64,000 nt of DNA from an uncultured virus (IMG/VR IMGVR_UViG_3300011334_000440) (taxonomy: Duplodnaviria > Heunggongvirae > Uroviricota > Caudoviricetes): the IMG/VR virus record IMGVR_UViG_3300011334_000440. One strand, written 5' to 3'. Made by a program: the position numbers and the translations under genes. Below, piece after piece: positions 9,103-17,979 of this stretch. Each line of letters begins with the position of its first letter. The stretch's first letter is position 1. The notes below the pieces were generated by a model. That model saw only the letters and a program-made list of their open reading frames with translations. It had not been told where the DNA came from and did not search any database.

Positions 9103-10836
9103 TTAAGAATTCAAAAAGGAGGATTCGGATACGGCCGCGTCTAGCTTCTTAGCTTGCGCCTGCCAAGACGATCGAAGTTTACCGCCAACTAGAGAGCCCG
9201 CTGAGATGCCAAGTTTTTGTCTGGCTAGGTCTAGGCCGAGAAAGAAGGCATCTGCTAAATCGGGCGACTTACCTAAACGTAATTTATAATCTCTCTTGGG
9301 TTCAACTGTTACTTTGCCCCCCGCTGTAGTATTGTATTTCCTGCCAGTCATTTCTTTTGCAAGATCTGGTACAATCCCCCTCAACTGCCCCGACCTCATG
9401 TACTCCACGCCGGAAAACCAGAGTTCTGTAACTCGATTGGTATACTTGTCTAAGCCGCGAATAGGGTTGGTTATACTGACGGGAAGTGTTGAGGCTTTTT
9501 CACCAAACTTGATTCGTAAAACTCGGTTCGACCATATTTCGGATAAAATGTCGCAAAAAGGGTCTCCTGCTCCGGTGGCATCGATGGCCAATCTTTCGGG
9601 GGGCACGCCGGACTCTTGGCAGACTCGCATGACTTCTTTAGCAATTTGAAAGTTGCGGGGCTCTGCTTTAGTTACGTCTTCACGAAGATTGTGAAATTTA
9701 TGTAATGCGACCGCCGGACCAGACTCTTCGGTTTGGCCGTACTTAAGAATGGCTAACACAGATCTATCTCCTCCGTTGGTAAACGCAGGGTCAAATCCGG
9801 CCAGGTAAAGAGGAGGCTGAGACCATCTTGGCTCTTTAGTGACATCATACTTCCTAAAGTCGGCTTCTGAATATATGCCTTCCTCTGCGCCAACGGGTGC
9901 GGGGAAGCTCCGTATAAATCTCCAGAAAGACAGGGAGTTCTCGCCTTCGTTATCAATTGCGTACTTAACCTGCTTGGAGGTTAATAAAAAAGGCCATTTG
10001 TCGTCGTGTTCAATGTTTGGTGTCTTTAATCCGTCAAGGTGAATACACTTTCCCGTTTTTGTTTCCCATTCCTCGGCATCGACTGTAATAGAATTCCATC
10101 CATCTTTGGGTGTCGAAAATACTCCGAACGGATCATATTGAGAATTAAAGTTCCCTAGGGCAACGCATTGGAAGTGGGGATTTGCATTAAGATTGGAGAT
10201 GGCTTCAAAAACGGAATTAGTAACGTCCGTTGCCTCGTCGATAATCAGGAACACTCTCTTGTTCTTTAACCCAATAAGTTTTGCCGTGGCCTCTTTTTCT
10301 TTGTCTGGGCTTGAGGGAACTAGGGTAATTGATGAACGATCTGATGCTTCGCCGGATTCGGATACGTCGAGAACAATCTTTCCCATGGAGTCCACCAACT
10401 TTCCAGGAAGTCCTGGAACCTGCATATACCTCTCGCGGATAGAACCCCATAATCGTTTACGAGCTTCTCGAACGCTGGTAGTTGTTACAAGCACGAGAGT
10501 TTCATGCGGGGCGCAAAGCCAATTTACTAACCCCCACATAGCCATTGTCGAAGTTTTTGCGGAAGACTTTGGCCCGGAAATGGCCAAATAATTTTCCTCG
10601 CAAGCTCGTTCAATCATCCATTCCGCCCAAGGATGCCAGTGAAAACCATTCTTGCTTTTTGTTTTATGGTAGGGCCAAAGAAGATTTACTATATTCTTAA
10701 AATGCTGGGCTTTGCCCAAGCCTCCGTCTTCGGGCTTCAATCCCATTTTGAAGGCCAACAATTCAATGTCGAGGTCTCCGGCTCCGTCTGGCCAGGACTT
10801 TCCATATTTTTCTATAGGCAAGGGACTACTCTGCAT
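9103..10836 (-). CDS. terL: Terminase large subunit
   Basis: Walker A-like GPKSSAKT, Walker B LIIDEA, coupling motif LGN, RNase H-like GFDPA...GGD and C-terminal SPDLADA. Confidence 0.92.
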   Translation of the reverse strand: MQSSPLPIEKYGKSWPDGAGDLDIELLAFKMGLKPEDGGLGKAQHFKNIVNLLWPYHKTKSKNGFHWHPWAEWMIERACEENYLAISGPKSSAKTSTMAMWGLVNWLCAPHETLVLVTTTSVREARKRLWGSIRERYMQVPGLPGKLVDSMGKIVLDVSESGEASDRSSITLVPSSPDKEKEATAKLIGLKNKRVFLIIDEATDVTNSVFEAISNLNANPHFQCVALGNFNSQYDPFGVFSTPKDGWNSITVDAEEWETKTGKCIHLDGLKTPNIEHDDKWPFLLTSKQVKYAIDNEGENSLSFWRFIRSFPAPVGAEEGIYSEADFRKYDVTKEPRWSQPPLYLAGFDPAFTNGGDRSVLAILKYGQTEESGPAVALHKFHNLREDVTKAEPRNFQIAKEVMRVCQESGVPPERLAIDATGAGDPFCDILSEIWSNRVLRIKFGEKASTLPVSITNPIRGLDKYTNRVTELWFSGVEYMRSGQLRGIVPDLAKEMTGRKYNTTAGGKVTVEPKRDYKLRLGKSPDLADAFFLGLDLARQKLGISAGSLVGGKLRSSWQAQAKKLDAAVSESSFLNS

Positions 10837-10842
10837 AATTGC

Positions 10843-10870
10843 TTGACAGTTGTCAATTTGAGTTCACTCT
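10843..10870 (+). promoter_or_regulatory. Promoter TTGACA-N16-CACTCT overlapping palindrome TTGACAGTTGTCAA at the packaging/replication divergence
   Basis: 14-bp inverted repeat at 10843-10856 between divergent operons. Confidence 0.55.
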
Positions 10871-10899
10871 ACCCAGCACGATGAACATACCCCTAAAAA

Positions 10900-11301
10900 A
10901 TGAACAGTTGTACAAAAGGCAAAGTCGGAGAGCGTGAGTGGCGCGACGTCCTCAAGGCGAAGGGCTTCGAAGCGCGCCGTGGTCGGCAGTTTTCCGGGAG
11001 TCCGGAATCGCCCGACGTTGTCAGCAACCTCCCTTTTCACTTTGAAGTCAAACGGGTTGAGGCACTCAACATTAACAAAGCTATGGAACAGGCCAAACGA
11101 GACAGTGGCAAGAGTGTGCCAGTTGTGGCCCATAGAAAAAACAAGTGCGCGTGGCTTGTTACGATGGTTGCGGAAGATTGGCTTGAACTAGTTCGTGAAA
11201 AGCATTCAGACGCTTGTTCAACTGCACCCGTGGCAGGAGAAATCAAAAAGTATTATACTTCAGGCAATTCGGAACCACTCGATCGCGCTGGATTGCTCTG
11301 A
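10900..11301 (+). CDS. Hjc-type Holliday junction resolvase (PD-(D/E)XK)
   Basis: KGKVGERE...G(F)EARR...SPD...FEVK pattern. Confidence 0.8.
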   Translation: MNSCTKGKVGEREWRDVLKAKGFEARRGRQFSGSPESPDVVSNLPFHFEVKRVEALNINKAMEQAKRDSGKSVPVVAHRKNKCAWLVTMVAEDWLELVREKHSDACSTAPVAGEIKKYYTSGNSEPLDRAGLL

Positions 11302-12499
11302 TACTGGTACCGGAAAAACTGTCACGGCTTGCGCTGTGGCAAAAGAACTTGGTTTTGAATTCGCCATCATCGCTCCCAAGATTGTACTTCCAGCATGGAA
11401 AAATTGGTGTAGCACTTTTGGGCTACAACCTAAATTCGTTTTAAACTATGAAAAACTTCGAACTGGGAATACCGAATTTATAAAAAAGCTCGGGAACAAA
11501 CAATGGGATTGGGGTCATAAGGGCAAAACCTTCCTCTATATCTTTGACGAGGTTCATCGCTGTAAGAGTTACAAATCACAGAACGGGGCGATGCTAGAAG
11601 CCGCGGCTGGGTCGAACGTTCTCATGCTGTCTGCTACTGCCGCGGGGAGTCCTATGGATATGCGTTTTACTGGTCGACTTCTCGGTCTACACAATGGGGT
11701 TGATTATTTTAAATGGCTACATAAGAACGGTGTAGTCAAGGCTCCGTGGGGAGGAATGACGTTCCGCGGGGGTAAGCGTGTGCTGACTGACATCCACTCG
11801 AAGATATTTCCAGCTAAAGGAGTTCGGGTGCGTATCAGCGAGTTGGGGGATGCTTTCCCAAGTAACCAGGTTAACGCAGAGGTATTAGATATTTCACCCA
11901 AGATAGGTGAGCTTTACCAGAAGGTTGAAGAGGAAATTCTGGAGCTGAAGGATCGGTCTCGTGCTGATATAGATCCAGAGAATCCGTTGACAAAACGGTT
12001 GCGAATGAGGCAGGAAATTGAATTGCTCCGAGTGCCAGTCATTACGGAAATGGCGGAAGAGTTTATCGAGGAAGGTAAGAGCATTGTTTGTTTTGTAAAC
12101 TTTAGACAGACGCTCGATGCTATCGGGGAAAGAATGAAAAAACATAAACCAGTTTATATTCTCGGCGACCAAACAACCGAAGAAAGAGAGTCGGCCATTG
12201 CTTCTTTCCAGGCAAATAAATCATATTTGATCATCTGCCAAATTGCAGCCGGTGGTGTGGGCGTAAGTCTTCACGATCTTCATGGAAGACCAAGGGTTTC
12301 TCTTATTAGTCCTACGTATTCTGCCGTGGATCTCAAGCAAGCTCTCGGTCGTATTCACCGCACGGGAGCTAAAACTCCCGCGCTACAATACATCCTATTC
12401 GCTGCTAACTCAGTTGAAGAGGAAGTAAGTAAATCAGTCAAAACAAAACTTCGGAATATTGATTTACTGAATGACGGTGATTTAATCACGCACAATTAG
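11195..12499 (+). CDS. SF2 (SNF2/DEAD-like) helicase
   Basis: DTGTGKT, DEVH, SAT, GGVGVSL, QALGRIHR motifs. Confidence 0.92.
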   Translation: MKSIQTLVQLHPWQEKSKSIILQAIRNHSIALDCSDTGTGKTVTACAVAKELGFEFAIIAPKIVLPAWKNWCSTFGLQPKFVLNYEKLRTGNTEFIKKLGNKQWDWGHKGKTFLYIFDEVHRCKSYKSQNGAMLEAAAGSNVLMLSATAAGSPMDMRFTGRLLGLHNGVDYFKWLHKNGVVKAPWGGMTFRGGKRVLTDIHSKIFPAKGVRVRISELGDAFPSNQVNAEVLDISPKIGELYQKVEEEILELKDRSRADIDPENPLTKRLRMRQEIELLRVPVITEMAEEFIEEGKSIVCFVNFRQTLDAIGERMKKHKPVYILGDQTTEERESAIASFQANKSYLIICQIAAGGVGVSLHDLHGRPRVSLISPTYSAVDLKQALGRIHRTGAKTPALQYILFAANSVEEEVSKSVKTKLRNIDLLNDGDLITHN

Positions 12500-12502
12500 C
12501 AC

Positions 12503-12530
12503 TTGACGATTACGTTTTTAGAGACACAAT
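12503..12530 (+). promoter_or_regulatory. sigma70-type promoter TTGACG-N16-CACAAT
   Basis: Intergenic, 13 nt before ATG 12544. Confidence 0.55.
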
Positions 12531-12543
12531 CCACGGCACGCTG

Positions 12544-12780
12544 ATGGATACGCAACACGCAAGATACAGCCCGAGCACTCTAAAGAGCCGGGAATTATGT
12601 CCGGGATATGAACCTAAACGGGACGGGGAGGTTCACATAGTGACACAACGTGGAACTGCTATGCATCACGCTTGTGAAATGAGTGACTTTGAAGATTTGA
12701 ATGCCGACGAAACCAAACTCGTAATGAAATGTTTAGATTACATTGAACGTTTGCGAGCGGAGTTAGCTACCGATGCTTGA
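12544..12780 (+). CDS. N-terminal part of Cas4-like/DUF2800 PD-(D/E)XK exonuclease
   Basis: HARYSPS...CPG...RGTAMHHACE is the usual N-terminus of this family. Confidence 0.7.
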   Translation: MDTQHARYSPSTLKSRELCPGYEPKRDGEVHIVTQRGTAMHHACEMSDFEDLNADETKLVMKCLDYIERLRAELATDA

Positions 12781-13645
12781 CCTCAAAGAAATTAAGCTGG
12801 AGGTTTTTGATCAATGGGGTTTTGTTGATCGATTGATGATTCGTGGGGATAAGGCTCATCTTGTTGATTATAAATTCGGTTTTAATCCCGTGGACGATGC
12901 AGAGCATAACGCTCAAATGTGGGCTTATACTCTCGGTGTTTTTGATAAACACGATTATATTAAAGAAGTTACTGTACATATTTTACAGCCCCGTCTAGAT
13001 CTTATCTTCACTCACACATTCACCCGTGAGGGTGACTACCAAAAAATACACAAACGAATAAAAGGAATCATTGACAAATGCAAAAATCACACCGAAGCCG
13101 ACTATACGCCTGGAGATCAGTGCGTTTACTGCCACAAATTAGCAGACTGTCCAGCAGTCCACGGAGCCACCATGCAGATTGTTAAAGCTTATGACATGGC
13201 TCACGACGCGCAGTTACCAGAACTATTTCAACCTAGCCAGTTGTCCACTCCTGAACGTAGGGCGCAAGCCCAGCGTATTGCAATGGTCATGGAGGCTTGG
13301 TGTTCCAGCGTTCGTAAACATAATTTAGAATTTGCTAAAGAGGGTGGTGAAATCCCAGGTTATGGATTGAAAGAAATTCAGGGCCGAAGGGAAATCAAAG
13401 ACTCTGAGAAAGCTTGGGATTTGGTGAAGGGTAAACTTACTCCCGAGGAGTTTAGCTCCGCGTGCGAGATTAAGTTCACAGATTTGGCCGATCTAGTTGC
13501 GGCCAAGGCGCCTCGCGGTCAGAAGACCGTGGCGAAAGAACAACTGGAAGATGACCTCATCGCTGCTGAAGCAATGACGCGTGGTGAGCCATCTTATCAA
13601 CTAAGAAAAAATAAAGAAATAAAAGAGATAAAACAAATAAAATGA
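12773..13645 (+). CDS. C-terminal part of Cas4-like/DUF2800 PD-(D/E)XK exonuclease
   Basis: GFVD...VDYKFG...NAQMWAY and CVYC-x5-C cysteine cluster. Confidence 0.8.
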   Translation: MLDLKEIKLEVFDQWGFVDRLMIRGDKAHLVDYKFGFNPVDDAEHNAQMWAYTLGVFDKHDYIKEVTVHILQPRLDLIFTHTFTREGDYQKIHKRIKGIIDKCKNHTEADYTPGDQCVYCHKLADCPAVHGATMQIVKAYDMAHDAQLPELFQPSQLSTPERRAQAQRIAMVMEAWCSSVRKHNLEFAKEGGEIPGYGLKEIQGRREIKDSEKAWDLVKGKLTPEEFSSACEIKFTDLADLVAAKAPRGQKTVAKEQLEDDLIAAEAMTRGEPSYQLRKNKEIKEIKQIK

Positions 13646-14358
13646 AAACATCATTCAGTAAGAAAGATAAGGAAGCCGTAGAGGCAACCGAAGATAAAGC
13701 GTTGGTTGTGGCGGGGAACAGGTCTCCTTCCATCACTAACCGTAACGCTGGGGTGGACGGAGAGTTTAAAGCTTCCGACTTCCTCATTCCGAGGATCAAC
13801 CTTGTCGGCAAGACGGGTAACCTCAGTAATAACTTCCAACCAGGTTCCTTTGTGTTCAACAAAGAAATGGTTGTTGGGAGCAAGGACTCCGCAATGGAGG
13901 CCATCATCACTCACATCCAAAAGAAATACATTCAGGAAATCCCTTACGGGACGGATGTCATTCCGAAGATTTTTGCCTCGCAAGCCGAGGTGGAAGCTGC
14001 GGGTGGAACTTTGGATATCTCAGAATCCGAAGATGTGGATCGGTATATTCCGTTCCTTGTCTTGACTCTTTTGGTTGCAGAGCCGAAAGATAAGAATCCG
14101 ATCTTCTCGCTTGAAGGTCCGGATAAGAAAAACTACGCGCTGGCGCAGTACAACCTCACTAAGAGTGCGTATCGCGGAGCGGGTCGTCAGTTGCTGACCG
14201 ACAGTCAGACCGTCCTTCGTGGCGGGTTGACCAAGGGTCGGTATCAAGTGAGCAGCAAGCTAAACACCAACACGATGGGTAGCTGGTTTACGCCCACGTT
14301 CAAGTTGGCTGGGACAAACAATGACGAATTCCAGGCTTGGGCTTCTAGCTTGATCTAA
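13642..14358 (+). CDS. Putative single-stranded DNA-binding protein
   Basis: Position between exonuclease and PolA; 'DFLIPRINLV' and 'GSWFTP' motifs seen in phage SSB-like proteins. Confidence 0.5.
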   Translation: MKTSFSKKDKEAVEATEDKALVVAGNRSPSITNRNAGVDGEFKASDFLIPRINLVGKTGNLSNNFQPGSFVFNKEMVVGSKDSAMEAIITHIQKKYIQEIPYGTDVIPKIFASQAEVEAAGGTLDISESEDVDRYIPFLVLTLLVAEPKDKNPIFSLEGPDKKNYALAQYNLTKSAYRGAGRQLLTDSQTVLRGGLTKGRYQVSSKLNTNTMGSWFTPTFKLAGTNNDEFQAWASSLI

Positions 14359-14372
14359 GTAGATGAAAAAGG

Positions 14373-14453
14373 GGAGACGTTCCGGCATGGTGCGACGCGA
14401 GAGGCGTCGACAGGTTAGGTGTGTCCTGCCGCGTGAAACACCGGACGTCCTCC
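14373..14453 (+). ncRNA. Candidate structured RNA/ssDNA element (multi-stem junction)
   Basis: Closing stem GGAGACGTTCCGG/CCGGACGTCCTCC enclosing CGACGC-GAGA-GGCGTCG, CAGG/CCTG and GTG-AAA-CAC hairpins. Confidence 0.45.
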
Positions 14454-14523
14454 GCCAAATGGTTAAGTTTTTTTCTGAACTGCTCGAATCAAAATTTCAA
14501 AATGTAACGCAAGTAAAGGGTGT

Positions 14524-14826
14524 ATGGATCAAAACAAAATAGTTCCACCTTCAATTCATGAGGTGGCTTCGGAAGCCTTCACTACTGTCACTAAAATTAT
14601 GGAAAAAGGTTCTGATAAGAGTTCATTTGGCGAGTGGTTTTATAAGGACTCTCGTCGTTATAATTCCGATAGAGCAATTAGCCATATTTGTAGAGCTATG
14701 ATGCAGATTGATGGTAATAGGCAAGACCCGGATTTAGGGGGAGAGACATCTATCGATCACCTAGAACGAGCCTTAGTAAGGGCGGCCTTTCTATTGTTTA
14801 AATGCAAAAGGGGGAAAATAGAATGA
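14524..14826 (+). CDS. DUF5664-like (dATP/dGTP diphosphohydrolase N-terminal-like) protein
   Basis: 'MEKGSDK...EW...RAISH...D..GE...HL..A..R..FL' resembles the family pattern. Confidence 0.45.
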   Translation: MDQNKIVPPSIHEVASEAFTTVTKIMEKGSDKSSFGEWFYKDSRRYNSDRAISHICRAMMQIDGNRQDPDLGGETSIDHLERALVRAAFLLFKCKRGKIE

Positions 14827-15005
14827 TCGATTCATTTTTGTTATGGGTATTTGTTTGGATTAGTAAGCGTTGGTTTAACTCCGTTGTTTTTGGAACTGAT
14901 CCAGAAACAGATAGAGCCTCATCTATTTCATTCTTTGAAAATGAGGAGCATGCTCAACAATATTTAGAGTTAATTCAAAAAGGAAAAGAGGCAAAACAAA
15001 AATGA
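14823..15005 (+). CDS. Hypothetical protein
   Basis: ATGA-coupled to upstream gene. Confidence 0.5.
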   Translation: MIDSFLLWVFVWISKRWFNSVVFGTDPETDRASSISFFENEEHAQQYLELIQKGKEAKQK

Positions 15006-15193
15006 TATTTCATTGGGTTTGGAAGAAAACTGGGTTTCCTTATTTGGAATCCCCTAAAACAGAAACAAAAAGCACGACCATGCCAAAAAAGAAAGGTAAG
15101 GTGTCAAGTGGAAAATCTAAACGCTCTAGAAAAAGATAGACTTGCTCAAGAGATTGTTGCAGAATTGGATTACCTTTTAAAGGAAGGATTTTT

Positions 15194-15559
15194 ATGTCTA
15201 AAGAACACCAAGGAACCTCGCATTGTTTTAAACCCGAAGGTGAGCATATGAGCATAGACGCACTTATCGATGCGGATGCAATGCGTAAACAACCGGAATA
15301 CATGCAAAGAGAGCTCCACAGAGTTCATCAGTTTTACAAGCGAGTAACAGATCTGGCAGAAACAAACCATAAAACCGCCTCTACTCTTGTGGAAGAGAAT
15401 GGGCGGTTAGAGAATGAGAACGATGGACTAAAGGAGTTCTGCCAGGAACTCCTTGCGTCTATGGCAGACCTTGAGCAGGAATGTTCGCAATTCCGCCACA
15501 AGGTTAGGTCAGCCGTGCTCGAACTACTACCACATCAGAAAGAACAAAAAAATGATTGA
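15194..15559 (+). CDS. Hypothetical coiled-coil protein
   Basis: AAGGA SD, heptad pattern. Confidence 0.6.
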   Translation: MSKEHQGTSHCFKPEGEHMSIDALIDADAMRKQPEYMQRELHRVHQFYKRVTDLAETNHKTASTLVEENGRLENENDGLKEFCQELLASMADLEQECSQFRHKVRSAVLELLPHQKEQKND

Positions 15560-15896
15560 ATTAGCAATACAAATTAAAAATGAAATTGGAACTGACAAGA
15601 TTAGCGTGGAAATGCTTCCCCGTGATGGCGAGGCAAATATCATAGAGAAGGACGTGCTGAACGGTCTTTTCCCACACCTTGTTGATCTTTTAAACGGACT
15701 TCTCGGGGGAGAGGGATTCCGCAAAATGGAGAAACTGGCTCAAGAAGTTCCTCCGCTAGAATCTCGTATCGTTGATAAAAACGGAGCTCCTGCATCTATA
15801 CCTATGGATGAGGAATATCTTTTGAAAAAAGGTTTGATCGAGCCAGAGGGCGGCGTTCAACCTATTGAAAAGAGCTCGGTAAATATCATAAGCTAA
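15552..15896 (+). CDS. Hypothetical protein
   Basis: Start overlaps upstream stop; operon continuity. Confidence 0.55.
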   Translation: MIELAIQIKNEIGTDKISVEMLPRDGEANIIEKDVLNGLFPHLVDLLNGLLGGEGFRKMEKLAQEVPPLESRIVDKNGAPASIPMDEEYLLKKGLIEPEGGVQPIEKSSVNIIS

Positions 15897-16192
15897 TGTC
15901 TCCTGCCAGTGAAAAACTGGCCGATCAATTCACCGTGATACCTTACCCATTCGTGGGTGAGCATCGCGATGTAATCGAGGCTGAATATGCGGCACTACTT
16001 AATGGTGGGATAAGACCAACCGAAGTAGCCGATCTTATTCTTCATGCCTTGGAGATATTATTAAACAAAAGAAAAAAAGCTGAAGGAACGAACACTTATG
16101 ATGAAACTACGGCTCAGGTGTCTGATATGCTTGGGCGCCTTGTGGTTTTTGAAGAAATGTTCTCAAATAAAAAACCAAAAAAATTAAAATGA
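15896..16192 (+). CDS. Hypothetical protein
   Basis: TAATG and ATGA couplings on both sides. Confidence 0.55.
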   Translation: MSPASEKLADQFTVIPYPFVGEHRDVIEAEYAALLNGGIRPTEVADLILHALEILLNKRKKAEGTNTYDETTAQVSDMLGRLVVFEEMFSNKKPKKLK

Positions 16193-17979
16193 ATACATAT
16201 GCGATTGACTTTGAAACATATTACGACAAGGAAACATCAATTACAACGCTTGGGCAGTGGCATTACTTGCGTAGCCCAGCCTCAGACATCTACATGGTCG
16301 CTATTCAGGGCCCGGATGTTGACTACGTGGGTTGTCCCAAAAAAGCCCCGTGGGTGAAGATTGGCGGCCATAAATGGGTGGCTCATAACTACAGTTTCGA
16401 CGGCGCGGTACTCGAGAGGTTGCGGGAGCAGGGATGTGTTCAATCCAAGCCTGTAGCTTGGGACTGTACCGCAAACCTTTCGGTTGCCGTGGGTGCACCA
16501 AGGAATTTGTTGGGTGCCTCCAGGGAATTGCTTGATCGGCATATTGACAAAGATCCGCGCGATAAGATGCATTCTAAGAAGTGGAGCGATGTCGAGGGTA
16601 CTGAATTTGGAAAAGAAGTACTAGAGTATGCTCGTCAAGACGCCAGGGCATGTCTTGGTATCTATGAGAAGTTCTCCGGCGATATGCTTTCGGCAGAGTC
16701 CGAGCTGTCGAGACACACTATTGAGATGGGTTGGAGAGGTATTCAAGTTGATACTAACGCGGTCGGAGAGGGTATAAAGACGCTACAGCGTGTTACTTGG
16801 GAGTCAGAGAATAAATTACCCTGGATCGATGAGACGGATGGAGTGGTCTTATCTACGAAGGCATTTCGCAGGGAATGTGCTAAAGCTGGTATTCCGTGGC
16901 CTACCTCTCTAGCGGAGAACTCTGAAGAGTGCGCATTGTGGGAATCCCAGTACGGTGAGAAGGTTCCTTTTGTTGGGATCATGCGTGACTGGCGTAAAGC
17001 AAATTCTTTGCTGGCTAAGTTAAAGGTCATGCAAGGTCGCATCAAACCAGACGGAACTATGAGTTACGGATTGAAATACATGGGGGCTCATACTGGTCGT
17101 TGGTCTGGTGATTCGAAGTTCAACGTTCAGAATCTTCCTCGCAATGAAATGTTCGGAGTAGACCTTAGAGGTTGCATTGTACCCCGGCCGGGTAAGAAGT
17201 TTGTCATATGTGACTTGGCTCAGATCGAGCCACGGGTACTTGCTTGGTTGTCTGGTAACGAAGGACTTTTGGACGCAATCAGAAACGGTTACGGCATCTA
17301 CGAGGCAGCGGCCAAGAACATGGGTCTATGGGATGGTGAGAAGGGAACGCTTAAGAAGGCGGATGCCCCGCTATATCAGTTGGTGAAGGCCATGGTGCTC
17401 GGACTTGGGTATGGAGCGGGAGCCAAAAAGTTTGCGTTGATCGCCAAGATGCAATACGGAATCGACATGACGGAGACCAAGTCAAATATGATTGTTAATG
17501 ATTTCCGCACGAGAAATCAGCCGATTCTTGATCTATGGAGGAAGTTGGAGGGAGACTTCCAGCGCGCCAAGGCGGACAAGCAATTCGAGGTGGGTCTACC
17601 CAGCGGGCGTGTCCTTACATATCGCAACATCATGTCTCAATGGCCTGACAAACAGAAGTATGACAAAAGTGGTAAGGCTAGGAAAGCTGCGTGGACAGCA
17701 AGCGTGGAGAGGGGTGGTCCACAGATCCCATTCTATGGTGGGAAACTATGCGAGAACCTTGTCCAGGCTGTAGCCCGTGATGTCATGGGTGCGGCAGTAT
17801 TGCGTCTAGAAAAGGCTGGATGTCCTGTTGTGATGCACATTCACGACGAAGCGGTTTGCGAAGTTGACAATTCAGTTCCGGCTGGTGAGATTGAACGTCT
17901 CATGAGCGTCTGTCCTGAATGGTTGGACGGGTGTCCAATAGGTGCGGAAGCGACCGACGCAGTGAGGTACAAAAAATGA
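16189..17979 (+). CDS. polA: Family A DNA polymerase with 3'-5' exonuclease
   Basis: ExoI IDFETY, AHN..FD, Y...DA; TGRWS; motif A DLAQIEPR; motif B KAMVLGLGYG; motif C HIHDE. Confidence 0.95.
   Translation: MNTYAIDFETYYDKETSITTLGQWHYLRSPASDIYMVAIQGPDVDYVGCPKKAPWVKIGGHKWVAHNYSFDGAVLERLREQGCVQSKPVAWDCTANLSVAVGAPRNLLGASRELLDRHIDKDPRDKMHSKKWSDVEGTEFGKEVLEYARQDARACLGIYEKFSGDMLSAESELSRHTIEMGWRGIQVDTNAVGEGIKTLQRVTWESENKLPWIDETDGVVLSTKAFRRECAKAGIPWPTSLAENSEECALWESQYGEKVPFVGIMRDWRKANSLLAKLKVMQGRIKPDGTMSYGLKYMGAHTGRWSGDSKFNVQNLPRNEMFGVDLRGCIVPRPGKKFVICDLAQIEPRVLAWLSGNEGLLDAIRNGYGIYEAAAKNMGLWDGEKGTLKKADAPLYQLVKAMVLGLGYGAGAKKFALIAKMQYGIDMTETKSNMIVNDFRTRNQPILDLWRKLEGDFQRAKADKQFEVGLPSGRVLTYRNIMSQWPDKQKYDKSGKARKAAWTASVERGGPQIPFYGGKLCENLVQAVARDVMGAAVLRLEKAGCPVVMHIHDEAVCEVDNSVPAGEIERLMSVCPEWLDGCPIGAEATDAVRYKK

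Noticed and set aside
10881..10937. 18-codon upstream ORF (MNIPLKNEQ...) overlapping the resolvase start, with a CCCCTAAAAAA run
   Set aside because: Could be a frameshift or leader peptide, but there is no independent support; may be chance
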